Of a stretch of DNA of 64,000 nt, positions 59,999 through 64,000 are shown in pieces. Below the pieces are notes generated by a model, which did no database searches, had not been told where the DNA came from, and was given only the letters and a program-made list of their open reading frames with translations. How positions within the stretch are numbered: the stretch's first letter is position 1; each line of letters begins with the position of its first letter. The stretch covers positions 1 to 64,000 of the forward strand of contig MTLP01000002.1 of assembly GCA_002009975.1 (NCBI GenBank), given 5' to 3'. A program made the position numbers and the translations under genes. The DNA comes from Thermococcus sp. JdFR-02. Lineage in GTDB: Archaea; Methanobacteriota_B; Thermococci; Thermococcales; Thermococcaceae.

Positions 59999-60820
59999 CT
60001 AAAGCTCAATAGTGCCCTCAATAGGTTCTACTTCCTTTGGCTCTTCTTTCTTTTCCTGCTCAACAAATGAGAGGCTTAAGTAAACTGTTTTAAGCAAATC
60101 CCTTACTGTTTCTTCATCTTCGGCATAAATATATCCCTGCCCAACTATGACCTTTCCAGCCAAGTTTAGCCTTTCTACAGCCCTAGCAAGATATTTTTCC
60201 TCTGGAAGTGGAGCTTCCCCAAAAAGCTCCTTCCAAAGCTCTGCCAACTTGAAAATGTTTGCTTTCTTTTCTAAGAGCAATACTAAGTTTTCATTCTCGC
60301 TCTTTAGCTTTACGTATTCATCTTCAAGCTTATTGTATCTCTTTTGCAATTCTTCGAAATTCCTTTTAAGTTCACCATTCTCATGCAAAGCTGCTTCATA
60401 CTTGCCCTTAAGGTCTAGAAGTTCGTTTCTCAATGCCATATACTCTGGCAAGATTTGAAGGCTCTTTAGCCCAGCTCTCACTAAAGTGTTCTTTATTTCT
60501 TTTCTAACTAGTTCTACGTCAATATGCTCTAAATCATGACCTAATGGGATTTTCATCCTCTCTACATGTCCAACTAATTCACTGATTTCAGAAAAAAGAC
60601 GCTCTGCTAACTCCCTTCCAACCCTATCCGCATCTGTTGCTATTATGAGTAAATCTGCTCCAGCAGCAGCACTTTTTGCAATCTCCAAGTTTGTAGTTGG
60701 AATTATTGCAGAGATGGTTATGTTGTATTCGCTTCCTAATGCTAAACCTTGAAGAGCTTTACTTACAACCTCAACATCACTCGCCCCTTCAACCAAAATT
60801 CTAACATCAACTATTGTCAT
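59999..60820 (-). CDS. Toprim-domain protein with coiled coil
   Basis: LVEGASD and IATDADRVG toprim motifs. Confidence 0.88.
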   Translation of the reverse strand: MTIVDVRILVEGASDVEVVSKALQGLALGSEYNITISAIIPTTNLEIAKSAAAGADLLIIATDADRVGRELAERLFSEISELVGHVERMKIPLGHDLEHIDVELVRKEIKNTLVRAGLKSLQILPEYMALRNELLDLKGKYEAALHENGELKRNFEELQKRYNKLEDEYVKLKSENENLVLLLEKKANIFKLAELWKELFGEAPLPEEKYLARAVERLNLAGKVIVGQGYIYAEDEETVRDLLKTVYLSLSFVEQEKKEEPKEVEPIEGTIEL

Positions 60821-60902
60821 TCCAAGCACCTCTCAGCTTTGGGGTGTTACCCCTAAATGATTATGAGCTTTAAGATGCTTAAAAATTCTCGCATTTTAAA
60901 AT

Positions 60903-60919
60903 TTGGATAAAATATCCAA
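60903..60919. promoter_or_regulatory. Perfect palindrome in the divergent toprim/mutase promoter region
   Basis: TTGGATA-AAA-TATCCAA about 30 nt upstream of the mutase TATA (TTTTATA near 60952). Confidence 0.45.
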
Positions 60920-60991
60920 TGTAAAACTTAACCTTTAGTTATGTAAAAGGTTTTTATAGGCTTAGAACATAGCTAAGCAATGGTGGTGTTA

Positions 60992-62677
60992 ATGACTTTC
61001 GATAAAGAAAAGCTTGATGAGATTAAAAAAGCCGAGCAAGAGTGGGAAGAAAAAACAGTCAAACCTCTAATCCAAAAGAGACCTGAGAGAAAAGAAAAGT
61101 TTCATACTGATAGCGGATTTGAGGTTAAAAGAGTTTATACTCCAGCAGATTTAGGAGATTGGGATTATATGGAAAAACTCGGCTTTCCAGGTCAGTATCC
61201 CTTTACAAGGGGAGTTTACCCAACCATGTATAGGGGAAGATTCTGGACGATGAGACAATATGCAGGTTATGCAACTGCAGAAGAAAGCAACAAAAGATAC
61301 AAATACCTTTTAGAGCAGGGGCAAACAGGTTTAAGTGTAGCTTTTGATTTACCAACCCAATTGGGTTATGATTCTGATCATCCAATGTCCGAAGGTGAAG
61401 TTGGTAAAGTAGGTGTTGCAATTGATTCACTTTGGGATATGGAAATTCTTTTTGATGGAATTCCCTTGGATAAGGTTTCAACTTCAATGACCATTAATTC
61501 AACCGCTGCTAATTTGTTAGCCTTTTACATACTTGTAGCAGAGAAGCAGGGAGTTGCTCAAGGTGTTTTAAGAGGAACAGTTCAAAACGACATCCTAAAG
61601 GAATACATTGCGAGGGGAACTTACATATTCCCACCGCAGCCTTCTATGCGTTTAACAACTGATATAATAATGTACTGTGCCGAAAACGTTCCAAAATGGA
61701 ACCCCATTTCAATCAGCGGTTATCATATTAGGGAAGCCGGGGCAACAGCTATTCAAGAAGTAGCCTTCACCTTAGCAGATGGAATTGAATACGTTAAAGC
61801 CGTTATTGAGAGAGGAATGGACGTTGATAAATTCGCCCCAAGATTGAGCTTCTTCTTTGCAGCACACAACAACTTTCTTGAAGAGATCGCAAAGTTTAGA
61901 GCCGCAAGAAGGCTTTGGGCAAAAATTATGAAAGAGAAGTTTGGTGCAAAGAATCCAAAGTCAATGCTCTTAAGATTCCACACCCAAACAGGAGGCTCAA
62001 CTTTAACAGCTCAACAACCAGAGAACAATATCGTTAGAGTAGCAATACAAGCATTAGCCGCTGTACTTGGAGGAACACAAAGTTTGCACACGAATAGCTA
62101 TGATGAAGCTTTATCATTGCCAACTGAAAAGAGCGTTAGAATAGCTTTGAGAACACAGCAGATAATAGCCTATGAAAGCGGTGTTGCAGACACTGTAGAT
62201 CCATTAGCAGGGAGCTACTATATCGAGTGGCTAACTGATCATATTGAAGAAGAAGCCATGAAGTACATAGAGAAGATTGAGGGAATGGGCGGAATGATGA
62301 AGGCAATTGAAAGAGGATACATTCAAAAGGAAATTGCAGACTCTGCATATAGGTTCCAGAAAGAGGTTGAGGAAAAGAAGAGGATAATTGTCGGTGTCAA
62401 TGCATTTACGGTTGATGAACCAGTAGATGTTGAAATACTTAAAGTTGATCCAAGCATAAGGGAGAAGCAAATTGAAAGATTGAAGAAGCTTAGAAGCGAG
62501 AGAGATAACAAGAAAGTCCAAGAAGCTCTGGATATGCTAAGAAAAGCAGCAGAAAAGGATGACGTTAATTTAATGCCTTACATAATCGAAGCCCATAGAC
62601 ACTTAGCCACATTAGGAGAAGTTACCAACGTTTTGAGAGAAGTTTGGGGAGAGTATAGAGCTCCCTTAATCTTCTGA
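60992..62677 (+). CDS. Methylmalonyl-CoA mutase, N-terminal (substrate-binding) subunit
   Basis: [54 protein letters not shown]; no B12-binding domain. Confidence 0.94.
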   Translation: MTFDKEKLDEIKKAEQEWEEKTVKPLIQKRPERKEKFHTDSGFEVKRVYTPADLGDWDYMEKLGFPGQYPFTRGVYPTMYRGRFWTMRQYAGYATAEESNKRYKYLLEQGQTGLSVAFDLPTQLGYDSDHPMSEGEVGKVGVAIDSLWDMEILFDGIPLDKVSTSMTINSTAANLLAFYILVAEKQGVAQGVLRGTVQNDILKEYIARGTYIFPPQPSMRLTTDIIMYCAENVPKWNPISISGYHIREAGATAIQEVAFTLADGIEYVKAVIERGMDVDKFAPRLSFFFAAHNNFLEEIAKFRAARRLWAKIMKEKFGAKNPKSMLLRFHTQTGGSTLTAQQPENNIVRVAIQALAAVLGGTQSLHTNSYDEALSLPTEKSVRIALRTQQIIAYESGVADTVDPLAGSYYIEWLTDHIEEEAMKYIEKIEGMGGMMKAIERGYIQKEIADSAYRFQKEVEEKKRIIVGVNAFTVDEPVDVEILKVDPSIREKQIERLKKLRSERDNKKVQEALDMLRKAAEKDDVNLMPYIIEAHRHLATLGEVTNVLREVWGEYRAPLIF

Positions 62678-62791
62678 TCTTTCACATTTTTCTCAATTTT
62701 AAAAGCTTTAATATTTCTTTGAATGCCCTTTTACTCAAATCTAAACATTTTTATAGTTTCTCATGGTGAGTAAAATAAGAGGGGTGAAAGA

Positions 62792-63391
62792 ATGAGTTGG
62801 AAAAGAGGTGCTTATCCAGAGTTCACACTCGAAGATGCTATCGCAACTCTTTTCTTGTTAACGACTCCAAAAGGGAGGAAACAGATTTCTGAAGAACTAG
62901 ATTTAGGAGAGGGGAGCGTTAGAACATTACTAAAGAAGCTGAGCAATTTAAACTTGCTTGAGTCTAAACAAAGGGGGCACTATTTAAACGAAAAAGGTAT
63001 GGAGGTTTATAAAGCGATATCAAAGCTTTTCTCTGAGCCTGTTGAAGTTAAAAGCATAGATAACTTACCCACCTATGCTACAGTTGTAAAGAATCCTCCA
63101 AATTTTAAGAGCATAGAGCTTAGAGATGAAGCCATCAGGTTTTTTGCAAAGGGAGCCATGATTTTAGTATGCAAAAACAACGATGTGATTTTCCCTGAAG
63201 ATGGAAGATTATTGAGTGAGACACTTCCAGAACTAAGTGAGGATTTAAGAAAGCTCTCTCCAAGAGAAGGAGATTTAATAGTTGTGACCTGGGCAGAAAA
63301 GAGGGCAAACGCTATAAAGAGTGCGATACATGTTGCTTTAACTCTCAAAAAGAAAGAACTTCCTATGGAAATCATAAATCTAACGAGGTGA
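62792..63391 (+). CDS. wHTH-containing conserved archaeal protein (DUF4443-like)
   Basis: GRKQISEELDLGEGSVRTLL HTH; IELRDEAIRFFAKGA. Confidence 0.8.
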   Translation: MSWKRGAYPEFTLEDAIATLFLLTTPKGRKQISEELDLGEGSVRTLLKKLSNLNLLESKQRGHYLNEKGMEVYKAISKLFSEPVEVKSIDNLPTYATVVKNPPNFKSIELRDEAIRFFAKGAMILVCKNNDVIFPEDGRLLSETLPELSEDLRKLSPREGDLIVVTWAEKRANAIKSAIHVALTLKKKELPMEIINLTR

Positions 63392-63395
63392 ACGG

Positions 63396-64000
63396 ATGAG
63401 CAGGATAATTCTCGCATTGGATGTCTATGAAAAAGAAAAAGCTTTGAAAATCGCGAGAGAGACAAGGGACTATCTTTGGGCGATAAAGATCAATTGGCCC
63501 TTAATCTTAGGGAGCGGGTTAGGTATCGTTAAAGAACTCAAGAAAGAAACCAAATTGCCAATTATTGGAGATTTTAAAGTTGCAGATATCCCCAATACCA
63601 ACAGACTTATAGCAAAGAAAGCTTTTGAAGCTGGAGTGGATTACATAATAGTTCATGGATTCGTTGGAAGAGATAGCGTAGAAGCTGTAATGGAAGAAGG
63701 AAAAACGATAATAGTTGTTGAGATGAGCCATGAAGGTGCCAAGCAATTTATCCAGCCCATTACAGATGAACTTATCGAGCTTGCAAATGAATTAAATCCC
63801 TTTGGGGTCATTGCTCCAGCAACAAGACCAGAGAGAGTTAGATATATACGAAAAAAGCTCGATAGGAGCATAAAGATTTTAACTCCAGGAGTAGGAGCAC
63901 AGGGAGGAAAAGCATTGGAAGCTTTAAAAGCTGGTGCAGATTATATCATAATTGGAAGGAGCATTTACAAAAGCGACAATCCGAGGGAAAGTGCTAAGAT
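63396..64000 (+). CDS. pyrF: Orotidine-5'-phosphate decarboxylase (partial, runs off the window)
   Basis: Manual translation MSRIILALDV...DFKVADIPNTN...EMSH...APATRP...TPGVGAQGG...IIGRSIY. Confidence 0.95.
   Translation, partial: MSRIILALDVYEKEKALKIARETRDYLWAIKINWPLILGSGLGIVKELKKETKLPIIGDFKVADIPNTNRLIAKKAFEAGVDYIIVHGFVGRDSVEAVMEEGKTIIVVEMSHEGAKQFIQPITDELIELANELNPFGVIAPATRPERVRYIRKKLDRSIKILTPGVGAQGGKALEALKAGADYIIIGRSIYKSDNPRESAK

Noticed and set aside
290-63871. Many short antisense or alternate-frame ORFs in the track (e.g. 290-607, 43487-43972, 46154-46597, 63073-63465)
   Set aside because: They overlap well-supported genes and have Ser/Phe/Leu-rich shadow composition with no motifs.
1-64000. 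CRISPR array, tRNA, rRNA, IS elements, inteins
   Set aside because: No spaced direct repeats, long GC-rich structural RNA, transposase motifs or oversized intein-bearing ORFs were seen.

Overview
AT-rich archaeal chromosome segment of a Thermococcales member, judged from GGTGA-type Shine-Dalgarno sites, BRE/TATA promoters, ADP-dependent PFK, XerA, a CGP-CTERM protein and TGM operators. Most of the window is housekeeping: ribosomal and translation genes (yhbY, rps19e, rpl39e, rpl31e, eif6, rpl18a, pfdA), purA, ahcY, sua5, asnB, minD, PINA, gyaR, di-myo-inositol-phosphate genes, pgk, an ABC exporter with PadR, nth, ADP-forming acyl-CoA synthetase, pfkC, xerA, methylmalonyl-CoA mutase and a partial pyrF. 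Accessory patches are: (i) a secreted Cys-rich protein with aerolysin/ETX-MTX2-like beta-hairpin patterning and in-register Cys pairs, plus a membrane-anchored partner (2416-3849); (ii) an array of small membrane proteins and relics (17.9-19.5 kb); (iii) a secreted/anchored gene pair behind a long leader hairpin (22.1-24.6 kb); (iv) a nuclease islet with a PD-(D/E)xK protein and a double-HNH gene split by a 10-bp tandem duplication (50.3-52.6 kb). One box C/D guide sRNA and several operator motifs were read directly from the sequence. No tRNA, rRNA, CRISPR array or IS was seen. Family assignments come from motif recognition only; no searches were run.
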